Of a stretch of DNA of 64,000 nt, positions 13,515 to 28,903 are shown one piece after another. How positions within the stretch are numbered: position 1 is the stretch's first letter; each line of letters begins with the position of its first letter. The position numbers were made by a program, and so were the translations under genes. The notes beneath the pieces are model-generated. The model had not been told where the DNA came from and did no database searches. It saw only the letters and a list, made by a program, of their open reading frames with translations. The DNA comes from Octopus vulgaris (lineage: Eukaryota): positions 47,554,001 to 47,618,000 of the forward strand of contig OX597833.1 of NCBI GenBank assembly GCA_951406725.2. The letters run 5' to 3'.

Positions 13515-13856
13515 CATCTAACATCACTTGAATGGTGATGATCTGAACCTAATGGCCAGATTGAAACATATGTATATACAAAAGTAAAACGGATTGCCAA
13601 TTACCAAATCATCATTTCTATACATTTCATTTTGATTGAGTAGAGTTAAATTCACTTTGTGCACCATCTTATATGTACAAATATCAAAAGGTCACCATTA
13701 TTTCTATCAAAGTTTGTTTTATCATCAAAAGCCACTAAACTAACAGTTATGTATGACAAATTAATTACAAACTAGTATAACAACTATAATAATACTTACA
13801 AGCAATTTCAGAAAATAATATACTAGGTATCATCTTTAAAATAATATATATATGTA

Positions 13857-13922
<66 letters not shown>

Positions 13923-14533
13923 TAAGAGTATAATATAATCTTCAGCAATTAATTTCATATGAGTTAATAACATAGTAGATTAACATATATGTTTATTACA
14001 TGTTACAGCTGAACAATTTTGATTACTATCTGGGATAATCTAATTTCTCCTTTCAAGTTTTTAGATATACATATATTCCCTGTTTTTATATTATATTATA
14101 TAACATATATGTGCATATATATATTTTTTCATAAATATATGTGTGCTTATATATATATATAGGTGTGTGTTGTAGATTTATGCTATGCAATATCAATGCT
14201 GATGATAGCAGTAGCTACACCTTTTTACCTTTAGCTTGAAATGAGATCTTATACATGATTAACCAAAAGTTGAATTTATTATCTTTCTTTTGTTCGACTA
14301 CAACCTGTGTTTTTGTAATTTTGAAGGTGGTTTGAGCGTCATTTGACATCTATTTTCAGTGCGTGGAGAGGCATATTGCCAATCCCTTGTTATAATTATG
14401 CATATAATTATTATTATAATAATTGGAAAATTTACCTATAATGTTTTTATTTTCATGCTGACCTCCTGATAAAATCATGAATGATTTTATCCTTTATTAT
14501 ATAATTTACATATATATGCATATGTGTGTGTAT

Positions 14534-14593
<60 letters not shown>

Positions 14594-14927
14594 GTGTGTG
14601 TCTGTGTAATTCCTTCTTTACATTGTTTCCTACAGACTGGCAAGTTTTTGGAATACCAGTGAATATTTTACTCGCTGTTTCCTATATATACTGAGGCATG
14701 AATTTCATTTAAGCAGGTGACATTAAAGCACATGGTATTGATGTATTTCAACAAAGGTGAAATGCACCAGTTGTTCTTGTGTGTCATTGCAGCAAGGATG
14801 TTCATTTCACTAATGTATATTGAATTTTTAACAAATCTATGAAAAGATTTTATCTTCAGACAGTTCCACAGTATCATGCCTTCATTTGATATATGTGTCT
14901 GTGTTTTTGTGTGTGTGTGTATGTGTG

Positions 14928-14977
<50 letters not shown>

Positions 14978-15084
14978 AAATCTGCTCAGTACAGATCTGG
15001 GAAACCCATGGTCCAAATGAGGGTTCACTACACAATTGTATAGAGTATATCCATTATTTTGTTAATGAGAGGTTCTACAAAGCC

Positions 15085-15611
15085 TCTCATGGCTGCTGAT
15101 CTTAACTGATTGGAAGTGTTATCATGTACATTGGTTTTGTATTAGTATAAAAGATGGGCTACAGCAAATATTCTGCTCAATACCACAGATTTGCTTGTCA
15201 GTTGTTTGACCTTAACCAGATGACCATGTCCCTTGGTGGTTGACAATATGTGCATCTCTGATCATGAGCAGAAGTAGTGGGGGAGCATCATAGCCGTGTA
15301 TTGAAAGGAATTCTTGGGGGTTTGGATAATTCACCTTTGGAAACATGGGTGGTTCGTTCAACCTCCTTAAACAATCTTAATCAAGGATTTTTGAGTGGGA
15401 TGGACTAGTCGACCAGAAGAAAATTCTAACTGGGCCCCACCTGCAAGGTCATTCGCTGTTTATCTTGATATGAGATCACTATGTCGCGTACATATGGTTG
15501 TGATGCATGTGCCTTGTGTACCCTTATCAGACGGGCAGTCATGATGGGTATATTGGGCTTCGTATATTTTACCCCAGTGTCACTTTGATGGCATGCACTG
15601 CTCTCTCACTC

Positions 15612-15648
<37 letters not shown>

Positions 15649-15650
15649 TT
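15085..15650 (+). mobile_element. Unclassified ~540-bp interspersed repeat with (AAT)n tail
   Basis: Clearly homologous to 41350-41930; both end gcactgctctctcactc(aat)n. Confidence 0.75.
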
Positions 15651-16211
15651 TCAAATTTTGACACAAGGACTGAAATTTGAGGGAAGGGAGCTAGTTGATG
15701 ACATCGACCCCAGTGCTCCACAGGTACTTAATTTATCAACCCTGAGAGGATAAAAAGCAAAGTCAACCTCAGTGGAATTTGAACTCAAAACGTAAAGATA
15801 GGCGTAATGATGGGCAGAAATGCTACTAAGCATTTTGTTTAGTGTGCTAATGGCTCTGCCAGTTCACCACCTTGATAATAATAATAATAATAATAATGAA
15901 GATTTTCATCGTAGTTTTTTTATGAACATCAGAAAGAAACCTCTTTTTCACTTCTTGAAGAGGTTAAGTGAAATTGAAAGTTTCAATTATAACTAATTGC
16001 ATGTGTGTGTGTGTTTGATACTTCTTTAAGTTTCATTTGAGTTCTTGGGTGAGTTTAAACCAGTCACTAACAAAGCAACAAGACTTTTTTAAGTTAAGAG
16101 AGTTCTCGGTGTTTGTATATATGTGGTTGGGTTGGTGTGATGGTTTGACTGCTGATGCATGTACCCAAGAGTGTGCATCTATTCACATATGTATACCAAC
16201 ACACACACACA

Positions 16212-16254
<43 letters not shown>

Positions 16255-16422
16255 TATATATATATAATATATATATGTCTGTATGTATGTATATTGAACA
16301 AAACAGGGAATTTATTCTAAAATTGAAATGAGAATTTTTCATGCATTTAAGAAAATAGGTTACCCTGATCTGTAATCAAAACTTTTTAGCTTTAATAAAT
16401 ATATTAGTATTATATAAATAAT

Positions 16423-16471
<49 letters not shown>

Positions 16472-17407
16472 ACTTATATTTAACGAGTAGGGTATTCATT
16501 CTAAAACTGAAATGTGAAGTTTCATGTATTTTTGACAATCAATTGTAATCTGAAAGAAATAGTAGTAATTATGCAAATATATCTAAATATATTTAAATTA
16601 TGGAAATATGATATCCCCAAAACTTATTGTTATTGTGTAAACATTATCGTCTTCATTAAATATATTAAATATATTCTGTTGTTTAAATGATAAAATATAT
16701 TTAATGAAAACAAAAACAAGATGAGAATATGAAGTAATACATTAAACAACTGCTAAAATTTGTGTTTTATGCAGGTAAAAAATATGGATGGGATATATGT
16801 GCAACAATGGCGAGCCTCCCTGTACTTCATTTTTAAAAACAATAATATTCGTTTTACTATTTAGTATAGTATTTAATATCATTTTGATCCTTGCTGAATT
16901 GGGGAGTAAATAGCATGAAATACTTCTGAAAAAGTTTGATCATAAATGTCCAAAAGGTGATAAGAAGGTAAGTTTAAAGACAAAATTGCATCAATTTTAA
17001 TGTGGATATTTAATCATTAGATAATATTTTAAATTTAATAGAGCAAGAATTGAGGAAAGTAGGAATTTCATGAAGTGAAGACACTACGAAAGACATACAT
17101 GACCTAGAAAGAGGAGAAATGAAGACTTATGTAAAACATAGAGGTATATCTACACATTTGCATATTAGAAGAAGAAATGATTTGGAGAGAAGATAATACA
17201 AAAGCATAACATACTAATTTCATCAAAATTCTTGTCTCATGTCACAAGGATTGTATAAAACAAAGAATATATCAATGAAAAGGATTCTTCAGTTCAACAG
17301 AAACAAAAAAATATAGTGAAATACATCTGCTTAAAACAGACATCAGTCAGGCATTTTTATGCAAATAAGTGTAGAATAATGAAGAATAATAGATAATATT
17401 TTCTTAC

Positions 17408-17509
17408 TTGGATATTCACTGAAGCGGCGCTGGAATCTTAGCATGAATTCACTAGGTCTTCTTTCTGATTTACAAGGTTGTTCACTGGAGCGGCGACCAC
17501 GGAACTTAC
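17408..17509 (-). CDS. SLC16A: Candidate in-frame extension of exon 3 via alternative donor (34 aa)
   Basis: Frame stays open ([34 protein letters not shown]) to a second donor CCAA|gtaaga after 17408, exactly 102 nt on and in the same phase; GC content stays exon-like until that donor. Confidence 0.65.
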
Positions 17510-18565
17510 CGGCAAATTCAGATGAGCGGTGCCAATACTCCTTTGTTCCATCTCTGTTCTGCTTCACAACAAGATTCTTGTGGACATCTCCTAGGAGGGG
17601 CCTACTAGGATCCTTGGTATCAGTCTGAAGTCCATTTGGTAAACTAGCTACGACAAGTCTGTTGGAGGTACTGTGATGCTTTGAGTGGCTACTGCTATTC
17701 ACGTCTGTAAACTGCTCTGGATTAATAACACAATCCTCTGGTGTCACAGGAGTTACAGGAGTACTGATAGAAGGTGTCACACTTACTTCATCAGATTCTC
17801 TTCTTTTCTGTAACGACTTTCGTTTTGAATGCGATTTGGTGGAGTTGGTTGTTTCTGAGTCTTGTTTCTTTAGAGATCTTGTGGAATTGGCAGTGTTCTC
17901 TTGGGGGTTCTGAGCAGATTCATTTGTAACTGAAGTATCTGAGTCAGGAGATGGTGACTTTGATGATACTGGATCATGGACAACAATTTTTGGCAGGTCA
18001 GTTGGCGTACTTGATTTGCTAAATGTATCACCTCGATCAGACAAGGAAAGCTTTTTGGGTCGTGTCTGTTCACTGTCTTGGCGTTTTAAAAATATAGTAC
18101 TCGGCAATGAACCTAATTCGGACTCATCTTCATTCAGTTGGTCCTCACGCTGGAGTTTTGCTAATTGTACTTTCTGAAATAAACTATTTGTTGCATCAAT
18201 AGCTTTAACATCATCGACTATACTTGGCTCAGAATCTAATCGAGTTCGTTTTGTCTGTTCTTTGATTCTGTCAATCATATTTTTTTCCCGTGGGGGTACC
18301 TTTTTCTTTAAACCTTTCTTCCGTGGAACTTCAAGTGGTCTCATTAACATTGCACACACAGCACCATTTAGGATGAGACCAGCAATAATATACAAAGAGT
18401 TTTTCCAATCGTATTTTTCAAGCAAATAACCTCCAAGGGGAGCAAATATGAAAGTGCCAACTCCAGAACCACACACAGCAATGCCAGTAGCAATTGCTCG
18501 TCTTCTGTCAAAATAGTAGCCAACACTTACAATAGAAGGTAGATAAATGAGACCTAAACCAAATC
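17510..18565 (-). CDS. SLC16A: SLC16/MCT third coding exon (TM4-6 plus long central cytoplasmic loop)
   Basis: ctttcag|GA TTT GGT gives [44 protein letters not shown]...W...[14 protein letters not shown], with the MCT motifs YFxRRR-A-G and LMRP, then a Ser/Thr/charged loop. Donor GCCG|gtaagt after 17510; 1056 nt, phase 1-1. Confidence 0.93.
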
Positions 18566-18694
18566 CTGAAAGATGGGAGTAAAAAAAAAATATTTATATA
18601 CATCTGGTTAAAAAAAAATAACAAAACTTTCATAATATAAATATAGAAACAGGAATTGAAAAGGTATTTTTAAAATTTTTATTCATTTATTCAT

Positions 18695-19083
18695 TTACTT
18701 GTTTCAGTCATTTGACTTTGGCTATGCTGGAGCACCGCCTTTAGTCAAGAAAATCGACCCAGGACTTATTCTTTGTAAGCCTAGTACTTATTCTATCAGT
18801 CTCTTTTGCCGAACTGCTAAGTTACGGGGACATAAACATACCAGCATCAGTTGTCAAGCGATGTTGGGGGAGGGGGGCAAACACAACTCACAAACATACA
18901 CATATATATATACATATATACGACGGGCTTCTTTCAGTTTCCGTCAACCAAATCCACTCACAAGGCTTTGATCGGCCCGAGGCTATATCAGAAGACACTT
19001 GCCCAAGGTGCCATGCAGTGGGACTGAATCTGGAACCATGTGGTTGGTAAGCAAGCTACTTACCACACAGCCACTCTTACGCC
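18695..19083 (-). mobile_element. SINE family A
   Basis: Full head-to-tail match; lies ~130 bp from the exon 3 acceptor. Confidence 0.9.
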
Positions 19084-19209
19084 TATATCTCAGAGCTTTC
19101 TATCAAACAGCCTTTATCTATTTCATTTTGTTTTACCTATTTTGTTTTGCTTAAATATGACAAGAATATTTAATTTCTCATACAGAATACTTTAATCATT
19201 CTCACAAAT

Positions 19210-19420
19210 ATGCTGGAGTGCTGAAAAGTTCCTGGCTTGAAGTGTTTTGCAAAAGGCCTGGTTGGAGGTCCAAGTTCTTTTACAGGGCTTAGAAAAATGG
19301 AAAGACCACTGCAATAAGTGAGAATATGAGAGGGGAATATGTTGAATAAAATCATAGTTAATTGATCCTCCTGTATTTTCGCTTACCCAAAGCCAGGAAT
19401 TTTTCAGCACCCCCTTGTAT
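19210..19420. mobile_element. Mariner/Tc1-type MITE
   Basis: TIRs gtgctgaaaagttcctggctt...aagccaggaatttttcagcac; copies at 32373-32580 and 56860-57060. Confidence 0.75.
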
Positions 19421-19721
19421 AAATAATGGAATTAAGTATAATGCCATTTTATAGCAAAATAACAATAGCAAATATGTTTTACCAGATTATGATTAATTGT
19501 TGTACAGGTACAACATAGATTTTCTGGAACCCAAACCTTTGGTTCCAAAGCTTTTCTAAATTACTGATTTTTCCAAACCAGAGGTGGCCACCTGGGTCAA
19601 CCTTAAGTTAAACAAATATTAAACTTACTTAAATAAAATACAGATTCTGTAGTAAAAAAAAAAAAGTGATGTTCCTCCCCGAGTCATGTAGAATCATAGA
19701 ACCGATTTCCTGGTTTCCATG

Positions 19722-20026
19722 GTGAACTGGGTGGGTGAACTGAGCCGTGATGTCCTTCTCCCAACTCCACTTCACAACTGGCGGAAACGCGTGGGCGGGC
19801 AGCTGAAAACCTGGGCTACGACAATCAAGGAGGACCTCTCCGTGCTCACGGGTCCACAGGTGGTCAGCCTGCGCTGATGGAACTGTGACTGGCTCACTAT
19901 CTCCAGTGAACTGGCACAGGACCGTTGTGCGTGGGCTGCCATGGTTTGAGATGCCTCGAGGGTGGTAGAAGAAGCCGACTCAACCCGCCCTGAGTGAATA
20001 TTGCCACAAGTACAAGTAAGTAAGTA
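19722..20026 (+). mobile_element. 5'-truncated RTE LINE (ORF C-terminus) inserted in a SINE
   Basis: GELSRDVLLPTPLHNWRKRVGGQLKTWATTIKEDL...SSELAQDRCAWAAMV; tail (gtaa)n; GC-rich against background. Confidence 0.8.
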
Positions 20027-20589
20027 TGGGGTATATGTTCCCCACCAGGACAGGACACCAATCTGTTGCAGGATTTCTAATTTTTACCAGCTGAGTAGAC
20101 TGGAGTGACATGAAATGAAGTGTTTTGCTCAAGAACACAACACAACATTTGGTCCAGGAATTGAAACCACAATCTTGCAATCAGAGTCCAACACCCTAAC
20201 CACTAAGCCACGCACCTCCACAACAAGTCCTCTACATTAGTATAAATCATCATCATCATCGTTTAACGTCCGTTTTCCATGCTAGCATGGGTTGGACGGT
20301 TCAACTGGGGTCTGGGAAGCCAGAAGGCTGCGCCAGCCCCAGTCTGATCTGGCAGTGTTTCTACAGCTGGATGCCCTTCCTAACGACAGCTTTATTAATA
20401 CTGTACTGTACAAGGCAACTAGTCTGTGTGGAATACCAGTAAACTAGTCTGGTGGTTGTGGTAATTTGAAGTTCCTGCTTGTAAATTACTGCAAATTATA
20501 GGTAGTGCTAGATTACCAATGTCAGTGTTTTACCTGTTTTAGTAAATGGACTATAAAAAAAAAAAAGAAAAAGAAAACTTTGTATTTAC

Positions 20590-20733
20590 CTCCAAAACCT
20601 CCATAAAATATAATCATTGTGTCTATATTGGGAGAAAGTGTAGACAGTAGGAAGGCAAATGCACCGATGAAGCTTCCAACTACTGCTACAGGACGGCAAC
20701 CAAAGCGATTTGTAAAGGCACTAACAATAGGGC
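20590..20733 (-). CDS. SLC16A: SLC16/MCT second coding exon (TM3-4)
   Basis: ttccacag|GC CCT ATT gives GPIVSAFTNRFGCRPVAVVGSFIGAFAFLLSTLSPNIDTMIIFYGGFG (MFS motif A-like NRFGCR); donor GGAG|gtaaat; 144 nt, phase 1-1. Confidence 0.95.
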
Positions 20734-21086
20734 CTGTGGAAAGAAAACAAATAAAAATAGTGAGAAAAAAAAATATGGAAAAATTCAAATTATTTCAAAT
20801 ATTATTATTTTGCAGAAACTAGAAAGGTAAGATATGTGGTCATTTTTTTTTCCATGATTCTAAAAAAGAACTCTAGAACTATACTCTTTTTCATCACTCA
20901 TACATATGGAATAAAAAAAAAAAGAGAAAAGAAAGAAAAGAGGGCGTTGAAGGAAAATTAATTGTTAAAATTACTGAAATTTAAATATTATAAAAAATAT
21001 TCAATTGATAAATATTTGAAGTCACTATCAACAAGTCTTGTTTAAGTATAATCTATATAAATAAATACATAAATGAATAAATAAAC

Positions 21087-21140
<54 letters not shown>

Positions 21141-21733
21141 TATATACACAGCCACACACAGACAAACGACAGGTTTCTTTCAGGTTTCATCTACCAAATC
21201 CACTCACAAGGCTTTGGTTGACTTGGAGCTATAATAGAAGACATTTGCCCAAGGTGCCATGCAATGCAACTAAACCCAAAACCTTGTGGTTGGGAAGCAA
21301 ATTTCTTCCCCACTTAACCATTTAATGGAAACACCAAACCATTTATCAAGCTTCCAGAAAAAATAGAACTATCAGAAAATCAGTTTATACTTGAAACCGG
21401 TTAGTTTCGAATTTGATGAGCTTCAAAATAGTTCACCCCTTGGCCACTTTGTTGTAATTTTCATTGTGTACTTGTTATACATCAAGTGTCAGCATAACAG
21501 CTACTCTGTACACTTGCTCTTAACCACATTTGTGAGAATTTTTATCCTAAATTCATTATAACTTTTAATGAATACCATGTTTAAAATGCCAAGAAAAAGG
21601 CAAAGCCAAGTGAAAAACTCAAAAAAGGAAATATTTTGTGCTCACTACATAGAAAATGGTAGAGTTACTAATGACAATTTTCAGTGGATTAAAAGTGATC
21701 AATCAGATACTACTTTAACATTATAGCAATTCA

Positions 21734-21793
<60 letters not shown>

Positions 21794-21801
21794 TACTACC
21801 A

Positions 21802-21834
<33 letters not shown>

Positions 21835-23129
21835 TGCCACTGCCATTGTTTAATGTCTCTTTTCCATGCTGGCAACTCTGAATTTTATTGTTTTTTATTG
21901 TTTATTTTTATGTTTCGAGTATTGTCATATCGCAAAGGTGTTACTCTTCAAGGTGGTGCTTTGAAGGGTTTATGTCAACAGACTGGAGACCATGGTGCAA
22001 CTGAAGGAGAACATCAATTGAGAAATCAGAGAACTGGGGTCTGAAACACCTGAGGGTGTTATGGTGCAAATTTTGGAAAGGTACGGACATGTGGAACTGA
22101 AAATGGCTACCATTTAAGTGATATCGTTTTTCATAGGTGATGTAGTAGTGTTGCAAAATTTGACGTGCGCATATTAATTTCCATTATGTCCTTTATAGTG
22201 TATCAAAATTTCATGCATTTATTTGTAAAGTTAAGGAAGTTATTAAAAATTGAAACCCATCAGTGAATTTGGGACACCCTGTATATCTATATCACCGTGA
22301 TCACCGTGACCGACCAGACTATCAGATGTTGCTACACATCGCTGGTCACAATGCGATTTGCATTGTTTTAGCCTTCAAATGACGCCACCCCGCTGGCTAA
22401 GTGAGCAGGCCAACAGAAGAAAGAGTGAGAGAAATTTGTGACAAAAGAGTACAGCAGGGATCGCCACCACCCCCTGCCGGACCCTCGTGCAGCTTTAGGT
22501 GTTTTCGCTCAATAAACACTCACAACGCCCGGTCTGGGAATCGAAACTGCGATCCTCTGACCGTGAGTCCGCTGCCTTAACCACTGGGCCATTGCACCTC
22601 CACGTATATCTATATATGAATATATATATAAACCGCTCACCACTAAGCTTTTTTTATTCTCTCTCTGTTTATTTTCTCGTGTTCCTTTTTGTTGAAGAGC
22701 ATAGGCTTGAAACGTAAAAGATTTTCTCACCTTCCTGAGTGTTAAACTAATATACCTGTTTGTTGTTAACACACCTGTCTTCATCTTTTGTTGTTTTGTT
22801 TTTTTTGTAAATTCCAACTGTATAGATAGATATATGTATAATAATGGACTCTCATGTCGTTAGTTGACATTTGAGAGTTTGACAATTTCCTACCAAACAA
22901 CCACACAGATGATTTGTTTATAGTGATCAAATGTTTGTGTAGACATAACTTCACTCTCTCCATCAGGTCGACATTACCTGTACAGGTGCAATGGGTATCA
23001 CATGTCGGATGTCGAAATGATCACAGAGCAACCTGAAATGAAGTGTTTTGCTCAAGGAAATGCTACACCAGGTCACACACGATCTCACAGTTGTGAGTGT
23101 AACACCTTAACCATTAAGCCATATGCCTT

Positions 23130-23173
<44 letters not shown>

Positions 23174-23631
23174 CACACATACACACACATATTTGTGGGT
23201 GGAGACAGTACCATAAAATTTTTAGTACATTGAATTGACTATATATGTATGGATAATAAAAGTTTGAAAACTTTATACTCAAATACTAGGAAAGCAAAAA
23301 ATAAAATGAAGAGAGATAAACAAAGCAGAACAAAATATATTGAATGTTAAAGGCTTAACAACAGAATTCCTGCTGTCGACAACTCAGCTAATATGAAGGT
23401 GAATAATACAAAATACGCTTTACATAACTTATTTTATGCTCACTTTTCCTTGCTGGCGTGGGTCAGACCAAATTTGTTGAGGCAGGTTTTCTGTGACCAG
23501 ATAGTCACTCTATCCACATTGATTTCATCCAAGGTAATAATTTTTTTATGGTTGGACATGTTTTTGCAGAAGACTAGAAGCGAGGGACACTGGTGGTTTG
23601 ACAGTGATGCTCAGAGACAAGCAGTCTCTTT

Positions 23632-23663
<32 letters not shown>

Positions 23664-23712
23664 GCTTTAGAAAGCTCATCCACTGGTATCGACTAACATG
23701 ATAACATGATAC

Positions 23713-23744
<32 letters not shown>

Positions 23745-23749
<5 letters not shown>

Positions 23750-24028
23750 ATAAAAGATCGTGGGTAAGGCCAAAACAATGCAAAGTAAATGCAAGGTAAA
23801 TCACAAGAAAACAAATATGTGAATTAATGTAGAATTACCTTGTATTCAATTTTTCGGGGTTATCACACAATTTTCAAGAAATTGTTGAATGTTGCCAATG
23901 TGTGTGTCATAATCCCGAAATATTGAATACAAGGTAAGTCTACATTAATTCACATATTTGTTTTCTTGTGATTTAACTTGCATTTATTTCACATTGTTTT
24001 GGCCTTACCCATGATCTTTTATACAATA
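23745..24028. repeat. Long inverted repeat (~120-bp arms, ~40-bp spacer)
   Basis: ttgtataaaagatcgtgggtaaggccaaaac...tattcaatttttcggg mirrored by cccgaaatattgaatac...gttttggccttacccatgatcttttatacaa. Confidence 0.85.
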
Positions 24029-24156
24029 ATATGTGACCGTGCGTGTATCGTTGGTGATTTTCTTTCTCCCTCTTCCCTTCCTTGGACCTTTCCTTTTTCT
24101 ATGATTCTGATGAAGAGCTCTGCTCCTTCCCTTCCTTGGACTTTTCCTTTTTCTAT

Positions 24157-24194
24157 GTTTCTGATGAAGAGCTCTGCTTGAAACGGTAAATCCT
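24157..24194 (+). ncRNA. Minimal type I hammerhead ribozyme motif in Penelope-like remnant (24030-24295)
   Basis: GUUU-CUGAUGA-AGAGC UCU GCUU-GAAAC GGUA-AAUC; homologous to 57110-57300(-). Confidence 0.6.
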
Positions 24195-24313
24195 CCTTCT
24201 TTCTTTCCTTTCCTGAGCGTCCAATAACACTATACTTGTCCCACGTCCTCACATTGTTGTGTTTTGTCTTTGTGTTTTCATGTTTGGATTAACTATATAT
24301 ATATATATAATAT

Positions 24314-24620
24314 GTGGAGGCGCAATGGACCAGTGGTTAAGGCAGCAGACTTGCGGTTGTAGGATCGCGGTTTCAATTCCCAGACCAGGCGTTGTGAGTG
24401 TTTATTGAGGGAAAACACCTAAACCTCCACAGGGCTCCGGCAGCGGGTGGTGGCGACCCCTGCTGTACTCTTTCGCCGCAACTTTCTCTCACTCTTTCTT
24501 CTGTTGGCCTGCTCGCTTAGCCAGCAGGGTGGCGTCATTTGAAGGCTAAAACAATGCGAAGCGCATTGTGACCAGCGATGTGTAGCAACATCTGATAGCC
24601 TGGTCGATCACGGTGATATA
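24314..24620 (+). mobile_element. SINE family C (tRNA-derived, head gtggaggcgcaatggnccagtggtta)
   Basis: A and B boxes (ggtttcaattccc); tail gtcacggtgatata. Copies at 22290-22603(-), 45109-45390(+); head also at 33320-33512(-) and 49460-49900(-). Confidence 0.85.
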
Positions 24621-24638
24621 TATATAATAATAATAATA

Positions 24639-25296
24639 GCGACCAAGACTTTTGGAAATATGCTGTGCTCGAGAAGAACCAGCAAACCAAATGAGACCAT
24701 AACCTGTGGCCTATGCCAGGAGCGTAACCAGCCCGCTCATGCATACCTTTTCCTTCTTTGGTCACTAAACTCTGCTTGCGAAGACCTGTTGAGGCAAATG
24801 AAATCAAAATCAATTCGATGACTCGCATCTGTGCTAACGGGGTGCAAAGAGCACCATACGAGTGTGATTGTTGACAGAGCAGCTATATGAGTATGATCGT
24901 TACCAGCATCGCCTTACTGGCACTCATGCCTGTGCTAGTAGGGTGCCAAGAGCACCATCTGAGCATGATCGTTGCCAGAGCAGCCAACTGGCTTCCGTAC
25001 CCATGGCATGTACAAGGGCACCATTCGAGGGTGATCGTTACCAACGTCGCTTCACTGGCACGTGTAAAAAGATTTGAGTGAGGTTATTGCCAGTACCGCC
25101 TGACTGGCCCCCGTGCCGGTGGCATGTAAAAAGCACCCACTACACTCTCGGAGTGGTTGGCGTTAGACAGGGCATCCAGCTATAGAAACTCTGCCAGATC
25201 AAGATTGGAACCTGGTCCAGCTATCTGGCTCGCCAGCCCTCAGTCAAAATTGTCCAACCCATGCTAGCATGGAAAGCGGACGTTAAACGATGATGA
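24639..25296 (+). mobile_element. RTE LINE 3' end with tandem ~60-bp repeats in the 3' UTR
   Basis: Begins DQDFWKYAVLEK (RTE C-terminal DRxxW-type motif); repeated gagcaccat..gtgatcgttgccag units; ends in the family E tail and (GAT)n. Confidence 0.65.
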
Positions 25297-25298
25297 AT

Positions 25299-27497
<2,199 letters not shown>

Positions 27498-27818
27498 AGA
27501 TACACTCACACAAACAAAATTGAAAAACTGCTGTTAAAAACAAAAGAAGAAGAAAAAATATCTCACTAAAATACTTTTACTAATAATATATTTTAAAGTT
27601 ATTTTTCAATGCTAATATTTTGTTGACATTATTATCAATGTGAACATCTGTTGAAGTGCAGTCCTTCAAGTACGCCTAATATATATATCAATGTCATTAT
27701 CATTTATATGACTATGCACTCTGGCAAAGTCTAGATTGCTGATAAACAAGTTTAGAAATCAAAGGATAAAATTCCACAGTGTCAAAGTAAGTGAAGTCCG
27801 AATCATGTTTATAATTTA

Positions 27819-28303
27819 CTAGCAGTATTGCCCGGCTTTGCAAAATGGTCACATTTAATTCAAAGCGTTAAAAATGTTATGAAAACAATTGGTATGTGTT
27901 CACAAAGTCCAAACGATTAATACGAAAAAACCCTCCAGGCTACATCCCAAAAGTTCATTTCTTTGCCGAATTTCTACAATGTTTACGGCGATTCGTTTTT
28001 ATATCTTGATTTTTTATTTTTCACGCAATTTACGCATGCTTGCACATGTGGTGAACACAGTTCATGTCAAATAGCTGACTGAGTAAAGTTCACTATTCAA
28101 TGCATGGGATAAGGCCTAAACAAACACATTATCGATTTTTGCACTTGTGAGATGAATTTCGGAACAGAAATAGTGCAGTTCAATTTTCATTCGCCTAAAC
28201 TTTAAGTGACCCATTTTTGGTGGTTCTACGATTTGTTGGCTAGGAGGAGATGTGCCGGGAAGTTAAACACACAGACACACAAGTTGAGTTTTATATATAT
28301 AGA
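27819..28303 (-). mobile_element. Non-autonomous Helitron
   Basis: Minus strand a|TCTATATATATAAAAC...GCAAAGCCGGGCAATACTGCTAG|t: 5' TC, 3' CTAG, inserted between A and T with no duplication, GC-rich subterminal segment. Confidence 0.75.
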
Positions 28304-28903
28304 TATAACTCAACCGAATTCTTACAGTTAATCACTAGCAGCAAGCTCGCTTGCTTTGCAGCACTGGGGAAACATTTATAGAAGTGATATGCTTCTTGCC
28401 AGAGGTTGCTTGAACATGACATATGATTACTAATCAATGGACTTTATAAATCTGTGCAGGCTAGGTTGTGTGGTAAGGACTTTGCTTCCCAACCACATGG
28501 TTCCATGTCCAGTCCCACTGCAACACACCTTAGACAAATGATTTTTACTGTTGTCCCAGGCCAACCAAAGCCTTATGAGATCTCCAGTACTATGGACATG
28601 TGATTAGAATGTCATAGGAAGGAATTGCAAGATGGATTCATCAAGCCAAGCCAGCTGGCTGTAGATCTAGAAGTAGACTAAGAGTAAGATGGTTGGTTAG
28701 ATAATGTCCACAGTCTCAGTGGTCAAGCATGAGAATCCAGCCACAATAATGACAATTACTTCTGATAGGACCCTAAGGACTTTACTCCAGCGATCCTCCC
28801 AAGAACAGTGGGTGGAGAAAATGGATGGATGGATGGATGGATGGCAAAATTCTTTCTATGATCCTTAATTGTAATGCTTCATATTTAGCTAGACATTCTA
28901 ATC

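Noticed and set aside
14225-16372. 6-nt microexon-like AG-N6-GT strings near 14228-14233 and 16364-16369 (minus)
   Set aside because: Weak pyrimidine tracts; expected by chance in AT-rich introns.
24314-24390. tRNA gene
   Set aside because: tRNA-like head continues into a SINE body shared by several copies; no complete cloverleaf or terminator.
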